DNA of 64,000 nucleotides, taken from positions 42,966,001 through 43,030,000 of the forward strand of contig OX597837.1 of assembly GCA_951406725.2 (NCBI GenBank). Reading direction: 5' to 3'. Numbering within the stretch: the stretch's first letter is position 1; every line of letters begins with the position of its first letter. The notes beneath the pieces are model-generated. The model had not been told where the DNA came from. It ran no database searches and saw nothing but the letters and a program-made list of their open reading frames with translations. This document shows, piece after piece, positions 1 through 14,432 of this stretch. Made by a program: the position numbers and the translations under genes. Source of the stretch: Octopus vulgaris (lineage: Eukaryota).

Positions 1-410
1 TCGTCATCATCATCGTCATCATCATCATCATCACCAACATCATCATTAGCACGATAATTTCTACCTTCCACCTCCTCCTCCCCATCATCATCATCCCCTT
101 CATCACCAGCATCAACAGCACCAACAACTGCAGCATGACATTCACCACAACTACTACCACCACCACCACCACCACCACCACCACCATCACCATCAACACC
201 ACCACCGCCACCAAAATCACCACCACCAACACCACCACCACGTCCGCCACGTACGTCACCGCCCTCGTCATCAACGTCATCATTATCACAGTGACCCTTC
301 CCCTCCGCCTCTACCTCCTTCTCATCATCCCCTACACCACCAACACCAGCATCAACAGAAGCATTACATTCACTCCTACCGCCTCCGCCGTCACCACCAC
401 CACCACCACC
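1..410. repeat. (CAT/CAC)n degenerate trinucleotide low-complexity tract
   Basis: Runs of catcatcat and caccaccac; explains the poly-Thr ORF 135..467. Confidence 0.9.
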
Positions 411-469
411 ATATATATATATATATGTATGTATATAAACTTAGATAAATTTAGATGTTTCGACTAAAG

Positions 470-1235
470 ATTGGTTCAAGCCATGTTTAACTTAATAGCA
501 CCACCTGATAGGATTATCTAAATCCTTTTCAAGTCTAGTTTTGTGGCATCATGGTCCTTTCGAGTTGGGAGTTCTTGTTGAGCGAGTTCTAGCCAGGTAC
601 AGGTAGCTTATCTGGTATTCCTTGAAGAAATTTGTCCAGATTCCGTTTAAAGGTGATGGTCTCTTTTTCCTCTTTGATCTGTTTTGGGACAATGTTAAGT
701 TGTGTAGGGCATGCTCAGGAAACGAAATTGCGTTGCAGTGTGTTTATGTGTTGAGATCCTGAACTGGGTAGGGGACGTATGGCCCGTGCTCCTAGCCTTG
801 GGTGAATTTTGAAGCCAATGTTCAGGACGTTTGGGCAATGCTGGCCGTATATCCTCAACATTTATTTCTTTACTACCCACAAGGGGCTAAACATAGAGGG
901 GACAAACAAGGACAGACAAAGGGATTAAGTCGATTACATCGACCCCAGTGCGAGACTGGCACTTTATTTATCGACCCCGAAAGGATGAAAGGCAAAGTCA
1001 ACCTCGGTGGAATTTGAACTCAGAACGTAACGACAGACGAACTACCGCTAAACATTTCGCCCGGCGCGCTAACGTTTCTTCCAACTCGCCGCCAATACAC
1101 TGCTGGCGGTATATTCTCCACATTGTGCAAATGATGTATCGCTCGCGGCAGCCCTGGAGAGAGTAGAGTTTCAATTCTTTAAGGCGGTCCCAGTGAACGA
1201 GATCAGTCATGCTCTTAATTCGTTTAGTGAATCCA
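470..1235 (-). pseudogene. 3' end of a CR1/L2/Jockey-like LINE ORF2, decayed and split by a SINE
   Basis: Minus translation WDRLKELKLYSLQGCRERYIICTMWRIY, resuming after the SINE as QHCPNVLNIGFKIHPRLG...FKRNLDKFLQGIPDK, typical of LINE ORF2 C-termini; in-frame stops present. Confidence 0.75.
863..1093 (-). mobile_element. tRNA-derived SINE family A (Octopus OK-like) with ~24-bp target-site duplication
   Basis: Head ggcggcgagttggaagaaacgttagc, B-box-like gagttcaaattcc, core gcctttcatcctttcggggtcgataaa; flanks 839-862 and 1101-1124 match 21/24. Confidence 0.9.
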
Positions 1236-1588
1236 CACAGTTTCCGCTTACCACATTCACATACAATGGTTCAATCGGCCCTTGACTATAGTAAAAAGAA
1301 CATAGTTACCCAAGGTGTCACGCAATGTACTGAACGCGAAATGTGGTAGTTGCAAAGCGACCTTCTCAAGCACCGGCCATGCGGAATCCCATAACAATGC
1401 TTGCGCTGATAGATTTTCCAATGCGAAGCTTCAGACGAAATTATAGAAACTGAGACAATACAAAAGTATTTAAAGACTATTAGATGCGTCCAGCGAGAAA
1501 CAACTTTCGCCCACTCAGCGAGAGACGAGTGGGCGAAAGTTGACTGCAGTTTTATGGTTAGAATGACTATTAGCGGAAATAAAAAAAA

Positions 1589-1648
<60 letters not shown>

Positions 1649-1893
1649 GTATATATATATAAAATATACGTTACGAAATAGGAGTAAAATCGATGCGTTG
1701 TGAAATAAATATTATTGCTGGATGGATGAATTCACTGCCAGCCATGGGAAATATAATTAAAAGTTTTAAAATATTAATATTTTTTTTTTGAGAAATAAAA
1801 ATATAAATAAATCAATAAAAAGATTCTTTGATAAATAGAGGAAGAGAAAATGGAGGAAGTCCAAGTGAACGAACGTAAAAGGGAAAGAGAGAA

Positions 1894-1951
<58 letters not shown>

Positions 1952-2308
1952 GGACGGATATATATATATAGAGAGGGTGAGGGAGAGGGAAAGGGAAAAA
2001 TTGAGACAGATAGATAGATTATTTGACAGATAAACAGGGAGAGAGAGAGAGAGAGAGAGAGAGACAAACAGACAGATAGAGAGACAATTTGATAGATAGG
2101 TAGAAAGATAGATAGATAATTAGATTGATAGGTACAAAGATAGATAGACGAATAGATAAATGAGAAAGAGGAAAATAAGAAAGGTAGGGAAAAGGCAATG
2201 GCTGGAGGCAGGGACACTCATCAATGACCATCTCTTTCCCTTTCTCTCTCTCACTTTGTATATGTATACATACACACACACATCCATCTATCTATCTATC
2301 TATCTATA

Positions 2309-2373
<65 letters not shown>

Positions 2374-2959
2374 CTTTCTCTCTCCCTCCCTATATATGTG
2401 TATGTATATATATATATATATATTACCCTCACTCTCTCCCTCTCTATTTTTCTCCTCTTTCACCCCTTCCTCTCTCTCCCCTCATTTCCCCCTCGTTCAC
2501 TATATATGTATATATGTAGGGAGAGAAATAGCAACATAGATAGATAGATATATAGAAAGAAATGTAGACGGACAGACAGACAGAGAGATAGATAGATAAA
2601 GGAAAAGAATAAGAAAGGGAAAAATAAAGGTTGGAAAAGACGATGGATAGATGCAAGAGCATTTATAAATGACTCTCTCTCTCTCTGAGAAATCGAAATG
2701 AACACATATACTCACACACACTAATTAAATCAAAAACGCATATACATCTACAAGGATAAAAATCATAGGAAAATTCCGAGTATCCAGCGACGCGTAGAGA
2801 GGCTGAAATCAAGCTCAAATGGTTGAAATATTCACAGGCATCGGCTGGAATAGCTTGGATTACTAAACGAGACATTAAAGGCAATTATAACCGCCATTCA
2901 GTCAAAAGACTAGAAAACTCAAGTCAAACGGTTTGTAAACAACAGTCGGTAGACATGAT

Positions 2960-4325
2960 GTTCAAACTTCGACATATTCTGGTTTTCTCCAATTTTGTTT
3001 TGTTGTTTATATGTCATTGGCACCAAACGTGTGACTCCGAACCAACAAATGCTTGTGCTGCTCTTTGAATTCACAGATGTATCTCTGTGTCCAGATTTCC
3101 ATCATTTTCTACAGAGCTTCCAAGGTCAATGAAAGAATCAACAACCTCAAGTAACTTACCCTAAACGAAAATTTTAGGGGTTTACAAACAGCAAGTTGAT
3201 ACATTACAACTGTTTTCTTTTCAAGTTGATGGTTAATCCCAAATCACCACAAACTGTATCAAATACCGCTACAAGAGATTGCAGGCCCGTTTCGAAGTGA
3301 CTGGCAAGATCGCAATCGTGAGCATATGCGAGTTCCCTAATGAGTGAAGTGAAAACCTTTATTCTGAATTTCAATCTTGTCAGAATAAAAGTATTCCCTC
3401 CTGTTCGATATTTTATGTAAATACCCTCCTCAGAATTTTGAAAAGGGTGTGACAGCACTACCGCAAAGTACATTGCAAAGAGGGCGGGTGAATCAAGGTC
3501 TCCTTGCTTTACTCCATTTTCCATGGCAAAAAAATTCAGAGACCCTACCACCAAAATTAACTCTAGCCTTTATATCTTGATGTAAAGCCCTGCTCACGTT
3601 TCCCAATGTTTCTGGGCAACCTATTTTCCTTAGAATTAACCACAGAACATTTCGATTAACAATATCGAATGCCTTGTTTAAGTCAACAAAGCAATGGTAT
3701 AGGGTAGGATTCTGTCCAATGCACTTTTCCTGAAATTGTCTGATAGTAAAGATACAATTAGCTGTGCCCCTAGAGGAGCGAAAACCTATTTGAAACACTC
3801 TATTTGGAATTATGAAAGTATTTAAGCATCCTACAGAATGCGGTCAAGTACCTTTCCAACTACAGACAAATGCAAAATCCCCCACAAATTACCACACAGA
3901 TCCTTTGGCCCCGATTTATACAAAGGAGACTAAAATGGCATCAATCCAGTCTTGAGGCACTTTCTCAGTTCTCCGACAGTGACAAATGAATATATTTAAG
4001 AGTTCAAACATTTTGTCAACCCCATATTTTAAGACTTCTGCACAGATTCCATCAGACCCTGGAGACTTATTGTTATTCAGCTTATTCACAGCTAAATAAA
4101 TGTCATTTAGAGTTGGTTCAAATGCCATCTCCTCTATTCTCCTCTAGGCGCTCGATTTTTTCAATCATTCTCATGTCAACAGATGATAGTGTATTCAAAA
4201 GTGCAGTAAAATGTTTTACCCAACGCTTATGAATAGAAGCGGTGTCAGTCAAAAGCAAATATCCATTTGCTGTTTTCACTGGAGCTATTGAAAATTTTGG
4301 GCCATATACATAAGAGTACAAAAAA
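2960..4325 (-). pseudogene. RTE-clade LINE reverse transcriptase fragment, frameshifted
   Basis: ORF pieces give NNKSPGSDGI, QIGFRSSRGTANCIFTIRQFQEKC, FVDLNKAFD, GVKQGDLDSPALF and ELAYAHDC (degenerate YADD) across several frames. Confidence 0.92.
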
Positions 4326-4329
4326 TGCC

Positions 4330-4825
4330 TACCCACAAACCCCAACCCTCAGCCGAACCCACACCCCACCCGTGCTTTCTCCACTATCGCCTCCCCCACC
4401 TCCCAACAACATCACACCACACTACACTACACCATGCAACATTACACATCACATCACAACACACCACCCACACACCCATCCCAAGATTTTCACACCTACA
4501 CATACTTACACGCACACGTCCACACCACCAGCCCTCTTTCACACGCACATACATACTCTTTTATACACACACGCACCTTCGTGTTGGAGGGTCATCTTTA
4601 CTTTGTTATCTCCCCTACTTTCCCCCTCGTGTGTGACCCTTCTTTCCGAAGTCAGTCGCCATGATAGATCGTTAGCCACTACACACACTTTTTTCTCTCC
4701 TTGTTTTTTCTGTGTCCCTTTCTGTAGAAGAGCGTAGGCTCGAAACGTATATTGAGCGTTATACTAATACATCTGTTTGTTTTGTACACCACCTGTCTTC
4801 GTCTTTTGTTTTTTCCGTAAACATT

Positions 4826-4828
<3 letters not shown>
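4330..4828 (+). mobile_element. Penelope-like element 3' terminal (pLTR) fragment with variant hammerhead motif at 4722-4749
   Basis: C/A-rich stretch, then ctgtaga-a-gagc(gtag)gctc-gaaa-cg-ta, ending at (TA)n; homologous to 12085-12275. Confidence 0.6.
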
Positions 4829-4891
<63 letters not shown>

Positions 4892-4892
4892 T

Positions 4893-5177
4893 TATTTAAA
4901 TTAGAAAAAAACACCTTTTATCAATTCAATAATGAAAAATTAAATGATACCATTTAGAAAAATTACATATTATAGAAAGATTAAATATAAGATAAAACAT
5001 ATAACGATTTTATATAATATGTAATTTTTCTAAATGGTATAATTTAATTTTTCATTACTGAATTGATAAAAGTGTTTTTTTTCTAATTTAAATATATATA
5101 TTATATTCTGTGAAATTTGATTTAGTATTTCTAAATTGAATTTTTCCCTGTAAGTTTGGAACAATATTTCCTCATAT
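4893..5177. mobile_element. Asymmetric fold-back element (arms ~4893-4974 / 5013-5094, right arm extended), PLE pLTR-derived
   Basis: Inverted repeat flanked by (TA)n; homologous to the hammerhead-bearing element at 41738-42100 (shared ccaaacttacagggaaaaa terminus). Confidence 0.75.
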
Positions 5178-5189
5178 CATTATTATATG

Positions 5190-5274
<85 letters not shown>

Positions 5275-5296
5275 GTATATTTATCCATTTATTTAT

Positions 5297-5450
5297 GACG
5301 GGTTTCTCTCTTTTTCGAAATCAGTTTATAAGTCCTTGGTCTGCCTCTGGTTACAGTAGTAGAAACTTGTCCAAGGTGCCACACAGTGGAACCGAGCCCA
5401 GAACCCTGTAGCTGAGAAGCAAGCTTCTTACCACACAGCTATGGCAGTAC
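5297..5450 (-). mobile_element. SINE family B 5' half, diverged
   Basis: ccaaggtgccacacagtggaaccgagccc...cttaccacacagc matches the family B head. Confidence 0.75.
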
Positions 5451-6033
5451 CTACAATGTACATTGATCTTATTATCTATTTACTTTGTTTTTACATTATG
5501 AAAAGGGTGTTTAGAAATAATAGTCTCGAAACGGCCGCGAGGTGTAATTTGCTTTAATCCACCTAGCAAAGCTTAATAACATTTGACACCCTTTCACAGA
5601 AACTTCGATTATTTAGGTTTTGAGCGATCAGAAGTTATACTAAAAGACATGTGCTGGAAGTAGTGAGTGGTGGGATCGAACCAGAATTCTCTTGTTTGTG
5701 TGGCTAAATTCTTTTGCAACCTACTAAATATACAGATTCTTGGTTATATTTAACTTAGTTTCTGAAAATTTACCGTTCATTGTATTTTCTCAGAAGAGAT
5801 GGTATCAATACGTCCGTACATACACACGTACGCACACACACATACACAGACACAGACACAAACACACACAAATTATGCATATATTAGCATTTGGGTATAC
5901 TTATGTATCTACATACATATAATACATATATATCTATATACATATATCTATATACATATAATATATTTAAAGTTCATATGCATACACACACACATACACA
6001 AACACACACATATATGCCTATTTAGATATATGA

Positions 6034-6070
<37 letters not shown>

Positions 6071-6143
6071 TACACATATTAATATTCTTTAGAACAGTGA
6101 AGTAGGAGATTACGATACTTTGCTATGCCATGCCATGCTAGAC

Positions 6144-6650
<507 letters not shown>

Positions 6651-6989
6651 ATGATACAATGGGTCGATCGATCGAATGGGGTTTAAGAGTCAACATATTA
6701 TTTATTACTATTTCAAAAAGAGAGAAAAAGAAAAAGAAAAAAAAATAAACCATTTTTTTTTCGCTTCAAAATTCTTCTCAGTCTTCAGATACACGCGAAA
6801 GAAAGAAAGAAAGAAAGAAAGAAAAAAAAAGAAGAGAATAAAAAACAACATATATGCTTTTGGCAACAATTGCATTTGATTACTGCTTCAGTTCGATTCT
6901 ATCATTGTGTTCTGCTCTTTTATGTCCGACTGGTTACTGGAGTAAATACAGATATATAGTTTATGCATTCTTAAACGTCTGTCTGTCTT

Positions 6990-7525
<536 letters not shown>

Positions 7526-7974
7526 CGTATATATATGTGTGTGTGTGTGTATTTTTAAATATGTGCGTGTTTGTATGTACATAAATATACGTACACTGTC
7601 GCACACACACATATATACACACGCAAATAAATACATACATAAATGCATACATACATACATACGTACGTATGTATGCATGCATGTGTGTGCGTGCGTTTTA
7701 TGTAGTACAAATCATGCCAGAACCAACATCACATTTTTCTTTTTGGAATCTCTGAAAAGAACTATTATTTAAGATACTAATCATATAATAAGCCGAGTTA
7801 ACCAGCGATGTATATTTAACGTTACCAAAGAAAAGGTCGAAGGGAAGGCGGACGCTGACTAGAACAGCAGTAAGCATTATACTCAACAAGCTGAAACTTT
7901 TTATGACGTGGAAATATATCGTAGGGTTGTATTCTGCATAAAACACTCATAGTAAAGTTGTTCGGGTTTTTTCT

Positions 7975-8467
7975 GTACGTACGACAACCCTGCCAATGAG
8001 AACCCGTCTATTCCTCCCGAAGCCACCTTGAGCACAATCCTATGAACCCAGAAACTGAAAACAGAGGGTTACCCACTTGCAAACAAATGTGGCAACATAT
8101 AACAATATTGACCAAGGTTACCGTGGTCTTTTTCGTAGGCTTTTCTTCCCACGGATAAACCTTACTTGCTTTCCCCTTTACACCATACATCATGACACTG
8201 TGATACACGATCCCTATTGATCGTTTTCTTTTCCTCTTCCCCTTTTTTTCCTCTTTTTTCTTCTTTTTCATTTTTCTTTTCCTTTGTTCCTTTTCCGTTT
8301 TTTCTTTTTTCTTTTCCTTTTTTTTTGTTCTTTTTTCCCTTTTACGATCCCTTTTGATCGAAAACCTACGCCACCCTATTTCTTTTTTTTTTCATCCCCC
8401 AAAAGAAAAGCTCTACCTTGTAACTTGTCCCATCTGTGTGCAGCCCTGTGTGGCCAATAAAGAAACT
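7975..8467 (+). mobile_element. 3' UTR of a non-LTR retrotransposon (Tx1/L1-like, tentative)
   Basis: T-rich UTR ending gcagccctgtgtggccaataaagaaac with AATAAA; near-identical 3' end recurs at 32556-32790. Confidence 0.6.
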
Positions 8468-8714
8468 TAATTAGTTAAAATCACAACGTAATGAAAAGTG
8501 AGTATAATAAAACTCACCCCCCACTTCATAATTTCTATTCAAGTGTTAATCAATTTGGATTACAGAACTGTCTTCCCTGCGTATGACAAGGAGTACCCGG
8601 TGTAACATGATTTTTGTCCTTGGGTAGCAACTGTTATTTCCTATTTGCTTACCCCTAGAAACTATGAAACGTGACTGATATTTCCCTTCCAGCTTTTGCT
8701 TTTGCTATATTTAT

Positions 8715-9270
8715 TCAAACCGTAAAGAATCACTCTTAATACGTGGCTATGATGCTTTCCCCACTACTTCTGCTCCTGATCTGAGATGCGCATATTGTCA
8801 ACCACAAAGGGATATACTCATCTGGTGAAGGTCAAGCAATTGACAAGCAAATCTGTGGTATTAAGCAGAATATTTGCTATAAGGGTATTTCTATTTCAGC
8901 GTCTCAGCGCTGAATCTGTCTGAAATGTAATGGAAAATAGGTCAGTTTTAAAACATTGATGTCCAAGTCACAAAAGCAAAATTTGAGCATGTCCCTTATT
9001 GGCTGACGATATGTGTATCTCTGATCACGAGCAGAAGTAGTGGGGGAGCTTCATAGTCATGTTTTGAGAGGGATTCTTTGGGTTTGAATAATTCACCTCT
9101 GGAAACATGGGTGGTTCGTTCAACATCCTAAAGCAACCCTTATTCAGGGACCAGTTAGAATTTTCTTCTGGTCGAGTAACCCATCCCGCTCAAAAGGTCC
9201 TCGAATAAGGGTTGCTTTAGGATGTTGAACGAACCACCCATGTTTCCAGAAATGAATTATTCAAACCCCC
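8715..9270. repeat. Rearranged interspersed repeat forming two inverted-repeat pairs
   Basis: ~8722-8820 inverts to ~8984-9080 (diverged); ~9080-9150 inverts to ~9196-9268 (near-identical). Confidence 0.8.
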
Positions 9271-9289
9271 AATTGTAGCTAATTCAATT

Positions 9290-9730
9290 TTATTAGGCGA
9301 CATTATCCACCACAAAGTTCAGGCCTTGTTGCCTTGTGTTAGCTTGTTTGCTTAAATGGTCCTGAGAAATATGCCAGTGGAGGCCCTGGTGAAACTTCCC
9401 ATGCTGGACAGAGGTCAGATTGATATGGACCACCTCTTTCCAGAGATAAAAATCGGTTTGCTTAAGAACAACTGTCCTACTATGAAAAAAAAAAAAATAA
9501 ATAAAGAAGCGAAATTACAGAAGCATCGATGACAATTCGGAACTATCACAACCTGGAAAAGGAAACTCTTCTCCAGAAAGCATAACCTATAAGGGACATG
9601 GAAGGGAGGATGCCCTTTGTGGGTGGAGATAAGATAGAGATGGAAAAGCAAGGATTCAACTATAGGGAAATGGAGAAGACAACCTTGAGTCGAAAACAGA
9701 GGAGACAAGTGGCCAACAGCCCAGAGAAGG
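9290..9730 (+). mobile_element. Internally deleted RTE-like element (5' UTR-like part joined to ORF C-terminus)
   Basis: Translation EMEKQGFNYREMEKTTLSRKQRRQV resembles RTE C-termini; the upstream part resembles RTE 5' UTRs. Confidence 0.4.
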
Positions 9731-9738
9731 GCTCAAAT

Positions 9739-9930
9739 CAGCAGTTCTCGATCGCAGCTCCCGGGGCCGAACGCAGCTCATCAGAATCCGCCTAGCAGCC
9801 CCCGACGCTCTTCCCTCAGTAAATATAAATATAATTGACTTACGTTTTCCTTTTTTTTTTTGGTGTAAGCCCCCTAAACAAATCCAGGCTTTCGATCAGG
9901 CCCCGATACTAAAATGGTTGCGAATCACTG
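9739..9930. mobile_element. hAT (Charlie-type) MITE, 192 bp
   Basis: Ends cagcagttctcgatc...ggttgcgaatcactg; 8-bp TSD gctcaaat (9731-9738) / gctgaaat (9931-9938). Confidence 0.75.
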
Positions 9931-10482
9931 GCTGAAATAAAAGTAAAAGCAACGTTATATAGAGCCCTTCTCTTTCAAAGAAAGCTGAAAGGGATTCTTA
10001 GAAGATGTAGCTGTTATTACATGCATATTGAGCGACCACGTAGAAGCCTCCTTATTATCCCAAAATAATTGGTTTTATTCAAAAAACGCCGATGGATAAT
10101 TACAATATTTAGATTTTTTCATTCCGGGTTCAAATACTTTCAAAGGTAGTGTTGAAGATGTCCATGGTATTGGTGTCGATAAAATTAGTATTAGAACTGA
10201 ACTCGAGTCAATTTATCGATTATATATATTTCTTGTAGAAAACTGGCAAAGTGCCAAGTGGAAGAAAAAAAAGATACCCACAAAAAAAAAAAAAAAAATC
10301 AATTTCTCGTTTATTGATATTAATCAATTTATTCACGTAGTTTTTTCGATGCAATACATTAGTAAAACCAGAAAAAAATATTCATATGTAGTTCTTTTGA
10401 TTCGAGCGAGACAAGACTGGTTGTTGTTGGGCAGCGGAGCTAACGAATGGAACCGTTGTTAGTTAGTATGTCTGTTTTTCAA

Positions 10483-11066
10483 GGCAGCGAGCTGGCAGAA
10501 ACGTTAGCACGCCGGGTGAAATGCTTAGCGGTATTTCGTCTGCCGCCACGTTCTGAGTTCAAATTCCGCCGAGGTTGACTTTGCCTTTCATCCTTTCGGG
10601 GTTGATTAAATAAGTACCAGTTACGCACTGGGGTCGATATAATCGACTTAATCCGTTTGTCTGTCCTTGTTTGTCCTCTCCGTGTTTAGCCCCTTGTGGG
10701 TAGTAAAGAAATAGGTATTTCGTCTGCCGCTGCGTTCTGAGTTCAAATTCCGCCGAGGTAGACTTTGCCTTTCATCCTTTCGGAATCGATAAATTAAGTA
10801 CCAGTTACGCACTGGAGTCGATATCATCGAATTAATCCGTTTGTCTGTCCTTGTTTGTCCTCTCTGTGTTTAGCCCCTTGTGGGTAGTAAAGAAATAGGT
10901 ATTTCGTCTGCCGCTGCGTTCTGAGCTCAAATTCCACCGAGGTCGACTTTGGTTTCATACTTTTCGCGGTCCATAAATTTAGTACCAGTTGCGTACTGAG
11001 GTCGATCTAATCGATTGGTCCCCTCCACAAAAATTTCGGGCCTTTTGCCTAGAGTAGAAAAGAATA
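10483..11066 (+). mobile_element. SINE family A tandem trimer
   Basis: One full head, then two headless bodies joined at aaagaaata|ggtatttc (10713/10714, 10897/10898); last unit has a different tail. Confidence 0.92.
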
Positions 11067-11402
11067 TGTGCGCCTTTCGACCAGGATCCATATGGCCCTA
11101 GGTGGGACCCTATAAGATTTTGTTGTTAAAATTTATCTGCAATAAATTGGTCTTACTTTCTGTTGGTTTGTTTACGTTTACATAACAGGCAAAGAGAGAG
11201 AAAGAGAGAGAGCGAGAGCTAAAAGAAATAATAAGCACCCAGGTAGATTTATTCGACTAAAACGCTTCAAGCCGGTGCTCCAAGATGGCCGCAGTCCATT
11301 GGCTGAAAGGAGAAAGAAAGAAAAACAGTTGGTTTCGAAGCTACAAATCTTGTTTGTTTTTTGCAATTATAATCGAATCCAAGGAAGTATCTACACAAGG
11401 GT

Positions 11403-11530
11403 AGGCGTGGGTGTGTGGTAAAAAGCTTGCTTCCAAACCACATGGTCCTAGGTTCAGTCCCAGTGTTTGCACCTTGAGCAAGTGTCTTCTAATTTAGCCC
11501 CGTGTCACCAAAGACTAGTGCATCAGTTTG
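11403..11530 (+). mobile_element. SINE family B head fragment
   Basis: ggcgtgggtgtgtggtaaaaagcttgcttccaaaccacatgg...ggttcagtccc. Confidence 0.75.
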
Positions 11531-12084
11531 ATGTATATATGGATATATATATATATATATATATATATATCTAAAATAATATGTTACAATTATTCAATAG
11601 TCAAGATATAACTCTGAGATTCGGATGCCGAAGTGGAAATCCACAACACCATCTATTCGGTTATCTGGCCATCTGAAAAAACGCTATGAAAAAATACCGT
11701 TATATAAAGGGAAATTACTGTGTTATAATTCAGCTACTTATATAAATTAAGATTAAAAGTTCATTGTAAACACGTAAACATGGCTACTCATACGCTCACA
11801 TGTGCGCTCGCGGACCCACGTACCTACTTATACGTCACTATGAAAACGTTCACATCTTCACTCGCATTTTTCGCCAAATGTATACGCATATATATACAAA
11901 CTCATACACACACACGCGTACCGTAAAAGTTCATACATACGTCTATATACGCATAAAAAACATGGTTAAATGTAGCAATACAGAAAAAAACATAAGGAAG
12001 TATACAAAGTGTAAAAACCACGTTCATATACGGACATGCCCTTATGCATTCATACACATATACGCCCATGTTGAATCGCTAGCA

Positions 12085-12277
12085 TCTGCACGCATTTTTT
12101 TCTCTCCTTGTTTCTCTCCGTGTTTCTTTTCTGTGTATCTTTCTGTTGAAGAGTGTAGGCTCGAAACGTAAAAGACTTGTTTTATTTATATTCCTGAGCG
12201 CCATACTAATACAATTGTCTGTTTGTACTCCACCGGCCTTCGTCTTTTGTTTAGTTTCATAAAGCTTCTCGTCATAT
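12085..12277 (+). mobile_element. PLE pLTR terminal fragment with variant hammerhead (12138-12175)
   Basis: tcttt-ctgttga-a-gagt(gtag)gctc-gaaa-cg-ta-aaaga; second copy of the 4680-4828 family. Confidence 0.65.
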
Positions 12278-12735
12278 ATGTACATACCCGCACATGTTTA
12301 TATACGCATACACACACACGCATACACACACACACAAAAATACAGCCTAATGAAACCAGTCAAAGATAAAAAATTAAAGAGGTATCATAGCATCAGAAAA
12401 TATTACACAACGCGTTCTAGAAGACATCTTCTTTCTCGTGTTTTCTTGTTTCAAAATAAATACGACGGTAATCTGTACTCAAGAACGATTTTATTTCGAC
12501 ACCGTATTAAAATCATTGCCAACACACAATCACAATCACTGCTATCACACCACCACCGATTATATTTCCAACACCGTGGCCGCCATTAAGTTGGCACATT
12601 CTAAGCTTCGCGGCAACCATGCGATCGATGCTAAAGGTGAGAGGAATTCTGCTCGTTGAAGTCGCGTGTTGACAGCTTAATAGTCGATATATGTACACAC
12701 ACACAGACACAGACACACACATTTATATATATATA

Positions 12736-12802
<67 letters not shown>

Positions 12803-12864
12803 TACATATATATCTATATATGTATACATACATATATCTATGTATGTATACATACATACATACA

Positions 12865-12899
<35 letters not shown>

Positions 12900-13559
12900 C
12901 ATATATATCTATATATATATATGTAAATTTATATAAATAAGGATAAGATCGTTATTTTAAATACCGATCATATTAAGAGGCCAGCATGGGAATAAAAACA
13001 TTATAGGTAATAAATTTGATTAAAATTATAATTAAGGGTATCTAAATGATACCACCATGCTAGAGATAGCAGTCAAAACTTGATTCTAAAACCACATCAA
13101 ATATTCATACAGCACCAGGATAAAAGACAAAACTATTCAGAACGCCGGCAGACTTCAACGTGACGGTCTGAAAAGGTTTTTCAACCGGTAATACGTGGAG
13201 AGGAAGGTGAGGCTGTTTGCCAGATCAGAAACCATGGTCCACGTGTATCCAAATGCCAAGAAAATATATAGCATTGGGCTATATAGATTATGTGAAAGAT
13301 TTTTTGGTCCGTTCGCCCGACTACTGTTATTTTTCTGTCTTATTTATTGGTGGTTTAAATGGGGGTCTTAACTCCTCTTCCTAGCATGTGTGCTCTTATG
13401 ATTCATACAAATTTTAATTCTTCTATATCTATCTAAAGCTATTTTAGGCCTGCAACCACTCATATTATTGTTGTTCTTATTATAAGCTATTCTGATTAGT
13501 GTGGATAATAATAACAATAATGATATGTATATATTTTATTCACTTCTGAATATTTGCCC

Positions 13560-13614
<55 letters not shown>

Positions 13615-13622
13615 TCTCTTTA

Positions 13623-14020
13623 CTCTTTACTCTTTTACTTGTTTCAGTCATTTGACTGCGGCCATGCTGGAGCACCGCTTTTTTAGTCGAGCAACTCGAC
13701 CCCAGGACTCATTCTTTGTAAGCCCAGTACTTATTCTATCGGTCTCTTTTGCCGAACCGCTAAGTGACGGGGACGTAAACACACCAGCATCGGTTGTCAA
13801 GCAATGCTAGGGAGACAAACACATACACACACACATATATATATATATACATATATACGACAGGCTTCTTTCAGTTTCCGTCTACCAAATCCACTCAGAA
13901 GGCATTGGTCGGCCCGGGGCTATAGCAGAAGACGCTTGCCCAAGATGCCACGCAGTGGAACTGAACCCGGAACCATGTGGTCGGTTAGCAAGCTACTTAC
14001 CACACAGCCACTCCTGCGCC
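13623..14020 (-). mobile_element. SINE family B (Octopus OR-like), full length, with internal (TA)/(CA) microsatellite
   Basis: Head ggcgcaggagtggctgtgtggtaag...ccgggttcagttcc; tail gactgaaacaagtaaaagag; highly similar to 17424 and 44588 copies. Confidence 0.92.
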
Positions 14021-14384
14021 TATGTGTGTATATATATATTGTTTTTTTTTATTTATCTAAAGGTGCTGGTGTGGCTCTGTGGTAAGAAGCTTCTTTCCCA
14101 ACCACATGTTTCCGGATTCAGTCTCATTTCTCGTGCGTGTGTGTGTGTGTGGGGTTGGGATTCGGGAAGAGGCCTGTAACCTAGTGGTGAGGGTTTTACA
14201 CCGACGATCACGTTGTGTTCTTGATCAAACCACCAAATTTCACATTGGTCTCAGGTTCACTTAGCTACGGTCTATCGTTCCTTTCAGAAGAGGGTCAGTG
14301 GCTGAGTGCTTGCATGGAATGTATGTTGGCCTAGCCGCCCAGCCAGTGTGGTGTCATTGTTCGAAATCTGAATGAATGAGAAGC

Positions 14385-14429
<45 letters not shown>

Positions 14430-14432
<3 letters not shown>

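Noticed and set aside
13804-14085. Recurrent peptide RQASFSFRLPNPL...GTEPGTMW in several ORFs
   Set aside because: Antisense translation of SINE family B, not a gene family.
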